This document shows positions 28,307-39,016 of a stretch of DNA of 64,000 nucleotides, one piece after another. Source of the DNA: Candidatus Eiseniibacteriota bacterium (GTDB taxonomy: Bacteria > Eisenbacteria > RBG-16-71-46); the NCBI GenBank assembly GCA_963725865.1, contig CAVSAC010000010.1, positions 1,056,001-1,120,000 of the forward strand. The letters run 5' to 3'. Within the stretch, counting starts at the first letter, position 1, and the number at the start of each line of letters is the position of its first letter. A program made the translations under genes and the position numbers. The notes under the pieces were generated by a model that saw only the letters and a list, made by a program, of their open reading frames with translations, was not told where the DNA came from and ran no database searches.

Positions 28307-29215
28307 ATGCGACGTGCCATCCGCTGCATCGTGTGGGCGCTGCTCGCGACCGTCGGTTCGACGGCGATGGCGTCCGCCCAGACCAACGCCATGAAGTCGA
28401 TCAACGGCATCGGTCTGATCGACTACGGCCACCCGCCGAGGTTCAAGACCGGCCAGTGGGTCAAGTACCACCTCACGAGCAAGGCCGAGACCGGCGCCAG
28501 CGACGACTACACCGTCACCGTCGCCATCGTGGGCGAGGAGCGCTTCTGGGGTGAGGACGGGTTCTGGGTCGAGACCCTGACCGAGTACCCCGGCCGGCCG
28601 TCCTCGATCGTCGCGACACTGATGTCGTTCGACATCTTCAAGGACCCCGACCCGGTGCGGAACATGCAGATGTACCAGCGCAAGCTGGTCACGGGCCTCG
28701 ACGACAACAACCTGCCCGAGGTTCAGCTCATGAAGCGGCCGCCCGAGAGCATCCGGATGCGGAACAAGCACATGGGCACGGCGCACCTGTACTTCGACAC
28801 GCTGGGCGTCGACACGGCCATGGTGCCGGGCGGCAGCTTCGACGTGCGCAAGATCCGCATCCGCCAGGGCTCCTCCACCACCGCGGACACCGGGGACAGC
28901 ACGCGCTACGACGAGATGCGTGAGACCCGCGTCACGTATCAGACGGTGCGGGTCCCGATCACCGGCCTGGCCCGCGAGGACATCGACTACTTCCTCGAGC
29001 GCACCAACTGGCTGATCGGCCGCTCCGGCACCGGCCAGAAGGTGACGGTCGAGCATTCGCGCGGTCGCGCGAACCTGATCGCGATGGGAGACGGCTACAA
29101 GTCGGCGCTGCTCCCGCTCGAGTGGCAGCACGACCTGCCGGGCGCGGCGACTCCGAAGGCGGCCGCGCCCCCCGCCGCGACACCGCCCAAGCGGTCCACC
29201 GCCGCGCGGCGCTGA
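28307..29215 (+). CDS. Secreted hypothetical protein
   Basis: SD GAGGA; signal peptide; strong codon bias; beta-rich, VPGGSFD motif. Confidence 0.8.
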   Translation: MRRAIRCIVWALLATVGSTAMASAQTNAMKSINGIGLIDYGHPPRFKTGQWVKYHLTSKAETGASDDYTVTVAIVGEERFWGEDGFWVETLTEYPGRPSSIVATLMSFDIFKDPDPVRNMQMYQRKLVTGLDDNNLPEVQLMKRPPESIRMRNKHMGTAHLYFDTLGVDTAMVPGGSFDVRKIRIRQGSSTTADTGDSTRYDEMRETRVTYQTVRVPITGLAREDIDYFLERTNWLIGRSGTGQKVTVEHSRGRANLIAMGDGYKSALLPLEWQHDLPGAATPKAAAPPAATPPKRSTAARR

Positions 29216-29281
29216 AGCACCGCCGGGGCGCGACCGGCCCCGCGGCTTCGGCGCCCGTCCGTCACCGTGGACGCACCGGAG

Positions 29282-30181
29282 TCACTCGAACAGGCCGCGC
29301 GCGAATGCCTCGGGGTCGAACGGCTCCCAGTCCTCGAGCCCTTCGCCCAGCCCGACCACGCTGATCGGGAGTCCGAGTTGATCCGCGATCGCGAGCACCG
29401 CCCCGCCGCGCGCGGTGCCGTCCAGCTTCGTGAGCGCCACGCTGGTCACCGTCACCGCGCGCTGGAACTCGCGCGCCTGCGCCAGACCGTTCTGCCCCAG
29501 CGTGGCATCCAGCACCAGCAGCACGTGGTGCGGGCTTCCCGGCACCACCCGCGCGCAGACACGTTTCATCTTCTCGAGCTCGGCCATCAGATTGTGGCGG
29601 GTGTGCAGGCGCCCGGCGGTATCGACCAGCACCGCCGCGCAGCCGCGCTGCACGGCCGCCGCGAGGCCGTCGTGCACCACCGCGGCCGGATCGGCGCCGT
29701 CGCGCGCGCGCACCATCTCGACTCCCGCACGTTCCGCCCACACCTCGAGCTGCTCGGAGGCCGCGGCGCGGAACGTGTCCGCCGCGACCAGCAGGGTGGG
29801 CGAGCCGTCGCGCGTGAAGCGCGCCGCCAGCTTGCCGGCCAGTGTCGTCTTGCCGACGCCGTTGACCCCCACCAGCAGCGCCACCCACGGCCGCTCGGGA
29901 CCCGGAGCGAAGCGCGCGCGCACCGCACCCACCATCGCCGCCGCGGCGCGCTCGAGCGCCTGCCGCAGGTCGAGTGTGGCGTCCTCGCGCATCATCCGCT
30001 CGGCCCGATCGAGCAGCCGCTCGGCGGTCTGCGGGCCGGCGTCCGCGGCCAGCAGCGCCTCCTCGAGCGCCGCGCGGGTCGCGGCATCGACCGTGCGCCG
30101 GCCGGCCAGCGAGCCGACGGTCGACGCGAGGCGCTCGCGCGTGCCGGTGAGGCCTTGCCGGAAACGGTCCCAGAGGCTCAT
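29282..30181 (-). CDS. ftsY: SRP receptor FtsY
   Basis: GVNGVGKTT, DTFRAAA, DTAGRLH, TKLDGTARGG. Confidence 0.95.
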   Translation of the reverse strand: MSLWDRFRQGLTGTRERLASTVGSLAGRRTVDAATRAALEEALLAADAGPQTAERLLDRAERMMREDATLDLRQALERAAAAMVGAVRARFAPGPERPWVALLVGVNGVGKTTLAGKLAARFTRDGSPTLLVAADTFRAAASEQLEVWAERAGVEMVRARDGADPAAVVHDGLAAAVQRGCAAVLVDTAGRLHTRHNLMAELEKMKRVCARVVPGSPHHVLLVLDATLGQNGLAQAREFQRAVTVTSVALTKLDGTARGGAVLAIADQLGLPISVVGLGEGLEDWEPFDPEAFARGLFE

Positions 30182-30254
30182 GCGGTCGGGCCGCACGTGC
30201 CCCGGCCCCGCGGATCCGCCGGGTGGCGGAGCGCGTGAGGCCGGGGTCTGCGGC

Positions 30255-33200
30255 TCATCCCTTGGCGGTGGCGGTGACCAGCTCGCGCGCCTCGGTGTTC
30301 GAGGCATCCTGCCCGTCGAAGCGCACCGAGACCAGCTTCGACACGCCCAGCTCCTGCATCGTCACGCCGTACAGGCAGCGGGCCGCCTCCATGGACTTCT
30401 TGTTGTGGGTGATCACGACGAACTGGGTCTTGCTGCTGAAGCGCTGCAGCATGCGCAGGAAGCGGTCCACGTTCGCGTCGTCGAGCGGCGCGTCCACCTC
30501 GTCGAGCAGGCAGAACGGCGACGGCTTCACGAGGTAGATCGCGAACAGGAGCGCGATCGCGGTGAGCGCGCGCTCGCCGCCGGACATCAGGCTGATGCTC
30601 TGAAGGTGCTTGCCGCGCGGCTTGGCGGCGATCTCGATCTCGCACTCGAGCGGGTCCTCGCCCACCATGCGCAGCTCGGAGTCACCGCCCTCGAACAGCG
30701 TCGTGAAGATGTCGCGGAAGTGCTGCTGCACCTTGCCGAACGTCTCGCGGAACAGATCGCTCGCGGTGACGTTGATCTTATCGATCGCCTCGAGCAGCTG
30801 GGTGCGCGCGTTGGTCAGGTCGAGCCGCTGCTGCACCAGGAACGTGTAGCGCTCCTTCTTCTTCGAGTACTCCTCGAGCGCCAGCAGGTTCACGGCGCCA
30901 AGCCCGCGGAACCGTTCGCGCGACTCCTCGAGCCGCGTCGTGGCCGCTTCGGGATCCCAGCCCGCGGCCGGCGGCGTGGGCGTCCACTGCTCGGGATCCA
31001 TCGCGTACTCGGTGCGCAGGCGCTCGAACGTGAGCTCCAGCTCCTGGTGCGTCTGGATGCGCCCCAGCTCGAGCTGGTGGAGCAGCTCGGCCAGCTCGGT
31101 CTGCTCGAAACGCCGCTGGCGCGCCTCGTCGTCCCCGAGCGCCACCTCCTCCTTGAGCGCGGCGAGCCGTTTCTGCAGCTCCACGACGCGCTCGCGCTGG
31201 CTCGACTCCGACTCGAGCAGCCCGGTCAGGCCGCCCGCCAGTCCGCTGACCTCGGCCTCGATCGACGCCACCTGCTGCCGCGCGTCGCGCTCGTCGGCCG
31301 CGCGCGCCTCGAGTCCCGCCTCGAGCTCGCGGCGAGTCTGCTCGGCGCGCGCCCACTGGGCCTCGCACTCGCCGGCATCGCGCGACAGCCGCAGCAGCGT
31401 CTCGCGGCCGGTCGCGGCCCGCGCGGCGGCTTCCTCGCGGCGAGCCTCGAGCGTGTCCACCGCGCCGTCGAGCTCGGCGAGCTGGGTGCGAGCCAGATCG
31501 AGCTGCTGGGTAAAGGTCGCGAGGTCCTCCTGGGCCTGCACCAGCGCGCGCGCCAGCGCATCGAGCTCGGTCTCGACACCCTCGATCTCGCGCCGGCGAT
31601 CGCCCGACTCGCTGTCGGCCCAGCGCGACTCGCGCGTGGCGGCGTCCAGGTCGCGGGCCAGGGTCTCGAGCGCCTTGCGCCGCGCGTCGACTTCGACCTG
31701 CGCCCCTGTACGACGCTCCAGGGTCTGCGCGCGCCGCGACTCGATACCCGCACGCTCGCCCTCGAGTCCCTCGATGCCGAGCGACATCTCGGCGATCTGG
31801 CCGGTCAGCTCGCGGATCTGCATCTCGCGGTGGAGGAGGCCCGACAGGTTGCGCAGCGAGCCGGCGCGCACGCGTCCGCGCTCCCACACCTCGCCGTCGA
31901 GGCTCACGAACCGCAGGCCGCCCTCGGAATGCAGCGCCAGCCGCGACGCGGTCGCGCGGTCCTCGACCACCACCACGCTGCCGAGCAGACGGTCCACCAG
32001 CGCGCGGTGACGGCCGTCGCAGCGCACCAGATCGGACGCCCGCCCGATCACACCGGGCTCCGCCGGCAGCGCGGTCGGGGTGTGGGCGCTGATCGCGGAC
32101 ACGTCGATGAGCGTCGCGCGCCCGCTCTCGAGGTGGCGCAGCCGCTCGAGCGCGCCATCGAGCGCCGCGTGGCTCTCGACCAACACGAACGCCGACGCCT
32201 CGCCGAGCGAGGCCTCGAGCGCGTCGAGGTAGCGGTTCGGCACCTCCAGCACGTCCGCCAGCATGCCCATCACCCCCGCGGGACGCTCGCCGCCCTCGAG
32301 CAGCGCCTTCACGCCCTCGGAGACACCCTCGAAGTTGCGCTTGAGGTCGAGCAGCGTGGCGAGTCGCGACTCGGCGGCCGCCTGCTCCTGGCGCCGCTTC
32401 GCCAGCGTGGCCTCGGCCTCCTGCGCCTCCGCAGCCAGCGCCTCGAGCATCCGCTCGACCTCGGCGTGGGCCTGGAGCGCTCCGTCCAGTTCGGCATCCA
32501 GCGCTTCGCGGCGCGTCCCGCCGTCGGCCAGCAGGCGCCGCAGCTCCTCGAGGCGCGCGTCGATCTCGGCCAGCCGCGCGCGGGCTGCGTCGCGCCGCTC
32601 GCCGAGCATGGTCTGGCGCTCGCGCACGCGCTCGCACGCGCCGCGCTTCTCGGCCTCGGCCGAGAACAGGTCCAGCGAGAGCTGCTTGTGGTCTGCGGCG
32701 ACCAGGCGCCGCTGGCGCAGCTCGGACTCCACGGCGCCCAGCGCCTGCTCGCCCGCCTCGGCGTCGGTCTGCGCGGTGACGAGCGCGGCCCGCAGTTCCG
32801 CCAGCCGGGCCTGGGACTCCTGCTCGCGCCCGCGCACCTCGGTCAGGCGCTCCAGCATCCGCGTGCGCTCGTCGGCATCCTCCTCGGCACTGCGCAGCAG
32901 CCCCGCGGCGCGCTCGCGCAGCAGGACCATCTGGTGCTCGGCGCGCGTGCGCGCCTCCTCGCGGTCGTGCAGTCCACCCTGCGCGGTCGTCAGCTCGCGC
33001 TCCACCTCGAGCAGCGCGAGCTTGCGGTCGTTCAGGGCCGCCTCGAGCTGGTTCAGCTCGGCGGCGACGCCCTCGCGACGCACCGCTTCCTCCTGCCACT
33101 GCTCCTTGGCCTCGGCCTCCCGGCTCCGCAGCTCCTGCACGCGTCCGGCCGTGAGCGCCAGGTCGAGGTCGCGGATCTCGTCGCGCAGGCGCTGGTAGCG

Positions 33201-33839
33201 GCGCGCCTTGCCGACCTGGCGAGCGAGCGAGCGCAGCTCGCGCTCGATCTCGAACACGATGTCATTCAGCCGCGTCAGGTCGGTCTCGGTGGCGTCGAGC
33301 TTGTTGAGCGCCTCTTTCTTGCGCGACTTGTACTTCGTGATGCCCGACGCCTCCTCGAACAGGAACCGGCGGTGGCCGGAGTTGTCCGAGAGCACGTTGT
33401 CCACCATCGACCGCTCGATCACCGAGTAGGCGTGGCTGCCCATTCCGGTGTCGAAGAACAGGTCGCGGATGTCCTTGAGTCGGCACGGGGCCTTGTTGAG
33501 GAAGTACTCGCTCATCCCCGAGCGGAACACGCGCCGCGAGATGGTGACCTCGGAGAACTCGGTCGGCAGGATGCCGCGGTCGTTCTTGAAGGTCAGGTGC
33601 ACCTCGGCGAGGTTGAGCGGCTTGCGCGAAGGGCAGCCGTTGAAGATCACGTCTTCCATCGAGTCGCCGCGCAGCTGCTTGGCGCTCTGCTCGCCCATCA
33701 CCCAGCGAATGGCGTCGGAGACGTTCGTCTTGCCGCAGCCGTTCGGGCCGATGACACCCGTGATGCCGTCGCCGAAGGAGAGGTGGGTCTTGTCGACGAA
33801 CGACTTGAAGCCCTGGAGCTCGAGCTTGTACAGAAACAT
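30255..33839 (-). CDS. smc: Chromosome segregation protein SMC
   Basis: GFKSF, GPNGCGKTN, coiled coils with hinge, MSGGE, LLDEVDAPLD. Confidence 0.97.
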   Translation of the reverse strand: MFLYKLELQGFKSFVDKTHLSFGDGITGVIGPNGCGKTNVSDAIRWVMGEQSAKQLRGDSMEDVIFNGCPSRKPLNLAEVHLTFKNDRGILPTEFSEVTISRRVFRSGMSEYFLNKAPCRLKDIRDLFFDTGMGSHAYSVIERSMVDNVLSDNSGHRRFLFEEASGITKYKSRKKEALNKLDATETDLTRLNDIVFEIERELRSLARQVGKARRYQRLRDEIRDLDLALTAGRVQELRSREAEAKEQWQEEAVRREGVAAELNQLEAALNDRKLALLEVERELTTAQGGLHDREEARTRAEHQMVLLRERAAGLLRSAEEDADERTRMLERLTEVRGREQESQARLAELRAALVTAQTDAEAGEQALGAVESELRQRRLVAADHKQLSLDLFSAEAEKRGACERVRERQTMLGERRDAARARLAEIDARLEELRRLLADGGTRREALDAELDGALQAHAEVERMLEALAAEAQEAEATLAKRRQEQAAAESRLATLLDLKRNFEGVSEGVKALLEGGERPAGVMGMLADVLEVPNRYLDALEASLGEASAFVLVESHAALDGALERLRHLESGRATLIDVSAISAHTPTALPAEPGVIGRASDLVRCDGRHRALVDRLLGSVVVVEDRATASRLALHSEGGLRFVSLDGEVWERGRVRAGSLRNLSGLLHREMQIRELTGQIAEMSLGIEGLEGERAGIESRRAQTLERRTGAQVEVDARRKALETLARDLDAATRESRWADSESGDRRREIEGVETELDALARALVQAQEDLATFTQQLDLARTQLAELDGAVDTLEARREEAAARAATGRETLLRLSRDAGECEAQWARAEQTRRELEAGLEARAADERDARQQVASIEAEVSGLAGGLTGLLESESSQRERVVELQKRLAALKEEVALGDDEARQRRFEQTELAELLHQLELGRIQTHQELELTFERLRTEYAMDPEQWTPTPPAAGWDPEAATTRLEESRERFRGLGAVNLLALEEYSKKKERYTFLVQQRLDLTNARTQLLEAIDKINVTASDLFRETFGKVQQHFRDIFTTLFEGGDSELRMVGEDPLECEIEIAAKPRGKHLQSISLMSGGERALTAIALLFAIYLVKPSPFCLLDEVDAPLDDANVDRFLRMLQRFSSKTQFVVITHNKKSMEAARCLYGVTMQELGVSKLVSVRFDGQDASNTEARELVTATAKG

Positions 33840-34133
33840 CCGTGTCCCCTCTCGCAGTGCCCCCGGCGGTGAGTCGGGCCGCGGGAGCGACCGAGATCGC
33901 TCGTTGCCGAGACGTCGGTGTCGTGCGGGTTGCGCGTGCGCTGTCTCAGGGTTCTACCGGCGACTCCGGCGGGAGTGCCACCCGCCGGGAAACTTCATGT
34001 TCCCTGCGCGTTGGCGGGTGCGGCCAGGTCCGGGCGTCACCGGTGCTGCCTGTGACCCGCTAAATTAGCGGCCGGGCGCACGGGGGTCAATGGGAGGTTG
34101 CGGCGCGGCCGAGCTCCGGAGCGGAGAGGACGC

Positions 34134-35531
34134 TCAGTTCCCCGCGCCCCACGCCTTGCCGAGTGCGGTGGCGGCCATGCCGATCTCGCCCTCGGTCAGC
34201 GTGCGCACGTCGAGCCGGAAGCGCCGCGCCCGGATGGTCCCGATCACGGCGGGCTCGGCCGCGCGGGCCCGCGATTCGAGCGCGACGGCGTCGAGCGACG
34301 GGTGCTCGACCTCGACCACCGGGCCGGCGAGCTTCTGCAGCGGCAGCGCGCCCCCGCCCACCTCGCCGTGGCCGGTCACCACCTTCGCGGTCAGCCCCGG
34401 CACCCGTGCCGCCAGCTCGTGCGCCAGGCGCTGCGCGCGCTCGCCGAGTACCGCCGGGTCGGCGCCGAGCATCGCCAGCACCGGGATCTCGGCCCGCGCC
34501 CGCGCCGGGTCGGCGTAGAGCGGCAGCGTGGCCTCGAGCGCCGCGAGCGCCAGCTTGTCGAGCCGCAGCGCGCGCGCCAGCGGATCCTTGCGGATCCGCT
34601 CCACCCACTTGCGCCCGCCCAGCACCAGTCCGGCCTGGGCGCCGCCGAGCAGCTTGTCGCCGGAGAACGTCACCACGTCGGCGCCGGCGGCCAGGCTCTC
34701 GGCCACTGTGGGCTCGTGCTCGAGGCCGAACGGCAGCAGGTCGACGAGTGCCCCGCTGCCCAGATCCTCGATGAACGGGATGCGGCGGCGCCGCGCGAGC
34801 TTCGCCAGCTCGCGCGGGTCGGGCTGCGCCGTGAACCCCTGCAGGCGAAAGTTGCTGCGGTGCACGCGCAGGATCGCGCCGACGTCGTCGTGCTTCGCGA
34901 GCGCTCGCTCGTAGTCGCGCAAGTGGGTGCGGTTGGTGGTGCCCACCTCGACCAGCGTGGCGCCGCTCTTCTCCAGGATGTCGGGCACGCGGAATGCCCC
35001 GCCGATCTCCACCAGCTCGCCGCGCGAGACGATCACCTTGCGGCCCGCGGCCAGCGCCGCGAGCGTCACCAGCACCGCCCCCGCGCCGTTGTTCATCACC
35101 GCGGCCGCCTCCGCGCCGGTCAGGCGCGTGAGCCAGCGCTCGACCCCCACGCCGCGATCGCCGCGGCGGCCCGACTCGAGGTCGTACTCGAGGCTCGCGT
35201 AGCCCGCGGCCACCTCCGCGATCGCGCGGCGCGCGCGCTCGGCGAGCGGCGAGCGTCCGAGATTGGTGTGGAGCACCACGCCGGTGGCGTTCAGCACCCG
35301 CCGCAGCTGCGGCCGGGCGGCGGCCCGCGCGCGCTCGAGCGCACGTGTGACCAGCGTCTCGGCGGTCTCGGGCGCCGCCCCCTGGCGGCGGGCGGTCCGG
35401 GTATCCGCGAGCACCGCACGCACCGCGTCGACCAGCAGCGAACGCCCGAGCGTGCCGGCGGCCTCGAGGAGCGTCGGGTGCTGCAGCAGTCGTTCGACCG
35501 CAGGAAGCGAGCGCAGGTCGGGGCGGGGCAT
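34134..35531 (-). CDS. selA: L-seryl-tRNA(Sec) selenium transferase
   Basis: NATGVVLHTNLGRSPL, SRGELVEIGG.FR, EVGTTNRT, FSGDKLLGG. Confidence 0.95.
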   Translation of the reverse strand: MPRPDLRSLPAVERLLQHPTLLEAAGTLGRSLLVDAVRAVLADTRTARRQGAAPETAETLVTRALERARAAARPQLRRVLNATGVVLHTNLGRSPLAERARRAIAEVAAGYASLEYDLESGRRGDRGVGVERWLTRLTGAEAAAVMNNGAGAVLVTLAALAAGRKVIVSRGELVEIGGAFRVPDILEKSGATLVEVGTTNRTHLRDYERALAKHDDVGAILRVHRSNFRLQGFTAQPDPRELAKLARRRRIPFIEDLGSGALVDLLPFGLEHEPTVAESLAAGADVVTFSGDKLLGGAQAGLVLGGRKWVERIRKDPLARALRLDKLALAALEATLPLYADPARARAEIPVLAMLGADPAVLGERAQRLAHELAARVPGLTAKVVTGHGEVGGGALPLQKLAGPVVEVEHPSLDAVALESRARAAEPAVIGTIRARRFRLDVRTLTEGEIGMAATALGKAWGAGN

Positions 35532-35807
35532 GGCGGTACGCTAGCAGAGCGGCGCCCGTGGCCGGTAGCCGCCTGGGATTCCGTGCGCCGCTGCGGACCG
35601 GCGGTCAAGATGCTGCAGGAAGGAGTCGATAACACCTCCGGACCCTTCTCGCCCCCGACGAGGTGTCGACGACGGTTGGAGGACAGGCATGCCCCCCTCG
35701 CATGGCGTCCCTACGCCACGCAGCAACTGGTGCGTGCCCGCGGCTCGCCCGAGTTGCTGCTCCCGGGCGCTGGCGGGCCGCGCGCGAGCGCCCGGAGCGA
35801 GCGGCCC

Positions 35808-38300
35808 GTGAACCTCTTCGCACGCCTCGGGCTGCGGGTCCGCCTCGCGCTGCTGGTCGGCATCGGCGTCATCACCGTCGGCCTCGGCAACTTCGCGCTG
35901 ATGGCGACGTTGACGCGCGGCTGGCTCGATCGCGAGCTGGAGGCGCGTTCGCGCATCCTCGCGACCGCGGTGGCCACACGCATCGCGACCGGTGCGCTGG
36001 CGTCCGATCCCCGCGCGCTGGCCACCGAGCTCGAGCACGCGGCGAGCGAGCCGGACGTCCTCGGAGCCGCGCTCTACGGACCGGAAGGCGTGCGCATCGC
36101 CGCGCACGGGTCCCGCCCCGCGCTGTGGCGCGCCCTGCCGTGGAGCGCTCCCCCGGCGGCCGGTGACGGGTCCGCGGTGCGCCCGCTGCAGGTGGGAAAC
36201 GAGCACGGCATCGAGATCATCGTCCCGGTGGCCCGCGACGAGCGCTCGTACGTCACCGAGCGCGATTACCGCGACCTCACGAGACTCCACAGCGCGCCCG
36301 GCGCCAAGGACGAGGGGTGGGTGCGCCTGCTGGTGTCGCGCGCGCGCATCGATGCCGCGCTCCAGACCGCGCTGCAGGCGGGCCTCGCCGTGCTGCTCGG
36401 CTCGCTGGTGCTGGTCCTGGCGCTGGTCGGGTGGCTCTCGCGACGGATGCTGCGCCCGCTGCGCGAGGCCAGCTCGCTGGCGCGCGAGATCGCGGCGGGC
36501 CAGCTCGACCGCCGGCTTCCAGTGCACGGCCATGACGAGCTCGGCACGCTGGCGCTGTCGATGAACAGCATGGCCTCGGGGCTCGCCCAGGCCCGCGCTC
36601 AGGCGCGGGCGGAGGCCTCGGCGTTGCGCGTCGCGGCCGAGGCGGTGATCGCGATCGCGCGCGAGGCGCGCGCGACCTCGGACCCGCAGACGGTGTTCCA
36701 CTCGGTCGCCAACGAGCTGCGACGCGTCACCGGCAGCAGCGGCGTCGCGATGCTCGCGCCCGAGGCCGGCACCCAGGCGCTGGTGCTGCGCCAGGTCGAC
36801 GACGCGACGGTCTGGCAGCGCGTCCCGCGCTCGGCGGCGTTCGAGCGCGACCTCGGCGGCGCGCTCGCCGCTCCCGAGGCGGCGCCGGTCCGGGTTTCGT
36901 TCGGCACCCGCGCCGACGCCCTCTCGCGCATGCTGGTGCGCGCCGGGATGATCACGGGCCTGCTGGTGCCGATCCCGCTCGACGACGCGCCGTCGGCGGT
37001 GGTGCTTCTGGTCTCGGAGCGCCCCGACGCGTTCCCGGCGTCCGAGGTGGACGTGGTGGCGGGGCTCTCGAGCCACCTGTCCTCGGCCCTGCACGCCTCG
37101 CTGCTGCGCAAGCGGCTCCAGCGCTCGCTCGACGACCTCGAGGAGACGCGCGCCCAGCTGCTGCGCTCGGAGCGCCTGCGGGTGGCCGGCGAGATGGCCT
37201 CGGGGATCGCGCACGACTTCAACAACGTGCTGGGCGCGATCCAGGGGCGCGCGCAGCTGCTGCGCCGGCAGGCGGCACAGGAGACGCTGTCGCCCACGCA
37301 GCTCACGCGGGCGCTGGAGATCATCGAACAGGCGGCGCGCGACGGCGCCGAGACGGTGCGGCGCCTGCGCCAGTTCGGCCGGCCCGGCGAGACCGCGCCG
37401 CTCGAGTCGGTGAGCCTGGCGCAGGCGCTGCGCGAGGCGGCCGAGTACACGCGGACGCGCTGGGAGAACGAGGCCCAGGCCGCGGGGCGCCGGATCGAGT
37501 TGATCCAGGAGATCGATCCCGAGTCCTGGGTCACCGGGCGCGGGACCGAGATCCGCGAGGTGTTCACGAATCTCATCCTCAACGCGATCGACGCGCTGCC
37601 CGCGGGCGGCAGCATCCGTATCGGTTGCGTGGGCTCCGGCCCGCTGGTGCGCGCGTGGGTCGAGGACGACGGCATCGGCATGCCGCCCGAGGTGCGCAGC
37701 CGCATCTTCGATCCGTTCTTCACCACCAAGGGCGAGCGCGGCACCGGACTCGGACTCTCGGTCGTCTACGGCATCGTGCAGCGCCACGGCGGCACGCTCG
37801 ACGTGCGCAGCGAAGCGGGCGCCGGGACGCGCTTCGAGATCACGTTCCCGCGCTCCGAGGCGACGCTGCCCGCGTGCCCCGAGGCCGTCGCGACGGCGAG
37901 CGCGCCCACGCGGGTGCTCGACGTGCTGGTCGTCGACGACGAGCCGGCCGTGCGCGGCCTGCTGAGCGAGATCCTCACGCTGCTGGGTCACCAGGTGGTC
38001 GAGCACGTGTCCGCCGAGGCGGCGCTGGAGTTCTTCGAGCGCGGCCGGTTCGACCTGGTGCTGACCGACCTGGGCCTGCCGGGCATGAGCGGCTGGACGT
38101 TCGCGCGCCGATTGCGCGACGTGGACCCCGACATCACGATCACGTTCGTGACCGGCTGGGGCGAGGACATCTCGCACGCGAAGATCGAGGAGGTCCAGGC
38201 CGACGGCTTCATCGGCAAGCCGTTCGGCATCGAGGACGTCGAGGGTCTGACGCGGCTCGCGGTCGCGCGCGCCGAGCGGCGCGGCGAACAGGCGGCCTGA
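35808..38300 (+). CDS. Hybrid sensor histidine kinase (HAMP-GAF-HisKA-HATPase-REC)
   Basis: Two TM helices, HDELGTLA HAMP, IAHDFNN, NLILNAID, FFTTK, GTGLGLS, VLVVDDE/LTDLGLP/KP. Confidence 0.92.
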   Translation: MNLFARLGLRVRLALLVGIGVITVGLGNFALMATLTRGWLDRELEARSRILATAVATRIATGALASDPRALATELEHAASEPDVLGAALYGPEGVRIAAHGSRPALWRALPWSAPPAAGDGSAVRPLQVGNEHGIEIIVPVARDERSYVTERDYRDLTRLHSAPGAKDEGWVRLLVSRARIDAALQTALQAGLAVLLGSLVLVLALVGWLSRRMLRPLREASSLAREIAAGQLDRRLPVHGHDELGTLALSMNSMASGLAQARAQARAEASALRVAAEAVIAIAREARATSDPQTVFHSVANELRRVTGSSGVAMLAPEAGTQALVLRQVDDATVWQRVPRSAAFERDLGGALAAPEAAPVRVSFGTRADALSRMLVRAGMITGLLVPIPLDDAPSAVVLLVSERPDAFPASEVDVVAGLSSHLSSALHASLLRKRLQRSLDDLEETRAQLLRSERLRVAGEMASGIAHDFNNVLGAIQGRAQLLRRQAAQETLSPTQLTRALEIIEQAARDGAETVRRLRQFGRPGETAPLESVSLAQALREAAEYTRTRWENEAQAAGRRIELIQEIDPESWVTGRGTEIREVFTNLILNAIDALPAGGSIRIGCVGSGPLVRAWVEDDGIGMPPEVRSRIFDPFFTTKGERGTGLGLSVVYGIVQRHGGTLDVRSEAGAGTRFEITFPRSEATLPACPEAVATASAPTRVLDVLVVDDEPAVRGLLSEILTLLGHQVVEHVSAEAALEFFERGRFDLVLTDLGLPGMSGWTFARRLRDVDPDITITFVTGWGEDISHAKIEEVQADGFIGKPFGIEDVEGLTRLAVARAERRGEQAA

Positions 38301-38305
38301 GTCAC

Positions 38306-39016
38306 TCAGCCGCCCAGGTAGGCCTTCTTCACCTCGTCGTTCGCCAGCAGCCGGCCGGCCGCGTCCTCGAGCACCACCCGGCCGGTCTCGAGCACGTAGC
38401 CGCGGGCCGCCACCCCGAGCGCCATGTGCGCGTTCTGCTCGACCAGCAGCACGGTCACGCCGCGGCGGTTGATCTCGACGATGGTCTTGAAGATCTCGCG
38501 CACCAGCAGCGGGGCGAGCCCCAACGACGGCTCGTCCAGCAGCAGCAGGCGCGGACGCGCCATCAGCGCGCGGCCGATCGCGAGCATCTGCTGCTCGCCG
38601 CCCGACAGCGTCCCCGCGCTCTGGCGGCGGCGCTCGAGCAGGCGTGGGAACAGGTGGAAGACCTGGTCGCGATCGGTGCGGATCCCATCGCGGTCCCGTC
38701 GCGTGTACGCGCCCATCTCGAGGTTGTCCTCGACCGACAGCCCCGGGAACACCATGCGGCCCTCGGGACTCTGCGCGATGCCGAGGCCGACGATTCGGTG
38801 CGGCGCCACGCGCGTGATGTCGCGGCCCTCGAACATCACCCGGCCCGCGCGCGCCGGCACCAGCCCGGAGACCGAGCGCAGCAGCGTGGTCTTCCCCGCT
38901 CCGTTGGCGCCGATCAGCGTCACGATCTCGCCCGGCTCCGCGCGCAGCGACACTCCCTTCAGCGCGTGGACCGCGCCGTAGTAGACGTCGAGCCCCTGGA
39001 CCTCGAGCACGCTCAC
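38306..39016 (-). CDS. livF: Branched-chain amino acid ABC ATPase
   Basis: GANGAGKT, LSGGEQQML, DEPSLGLAP. Confidence 0.92.
   Translation of the reverse strand: MSVLEVQGLDVYYGAVHALKGVSLRAEPGEIVTLIGANGAGKTTLLRSVSGLVPARAGRVMFEGRDITRVAPHRIVGLGIAQSPEGRMVFPGLSVEDNLEMGAYTRRDRDGIRTDRDQVFHLFPRLLERRRQSAGTLSGGEQQMLAIGRALMARPRLLLLDEPSLGLAPLLVREIFKTIVEINRRGVTVLLVEQNAHMALGVAARGYVLETGRVVLEDAAGRLLANDEVKKAYLGG

Noticed and set aside
33842..34133. Possible tRNA-Sec (next to selA) or SRP RNA (CAGGTCCGG near smc/ftsY)
   Set aside because: No TCA anticodon arm with a TTCG T-loop, and the SRP GGAAGGAAGCAG loop is absent
34098..35807. Long N-terminal extensions of the kinase (from 34098) and amidase (from 41584) ORFs
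   Set aside because: They overlap selA and the liv substrate-binding gene on the opposite strand; real starts are near 35808 and 43120
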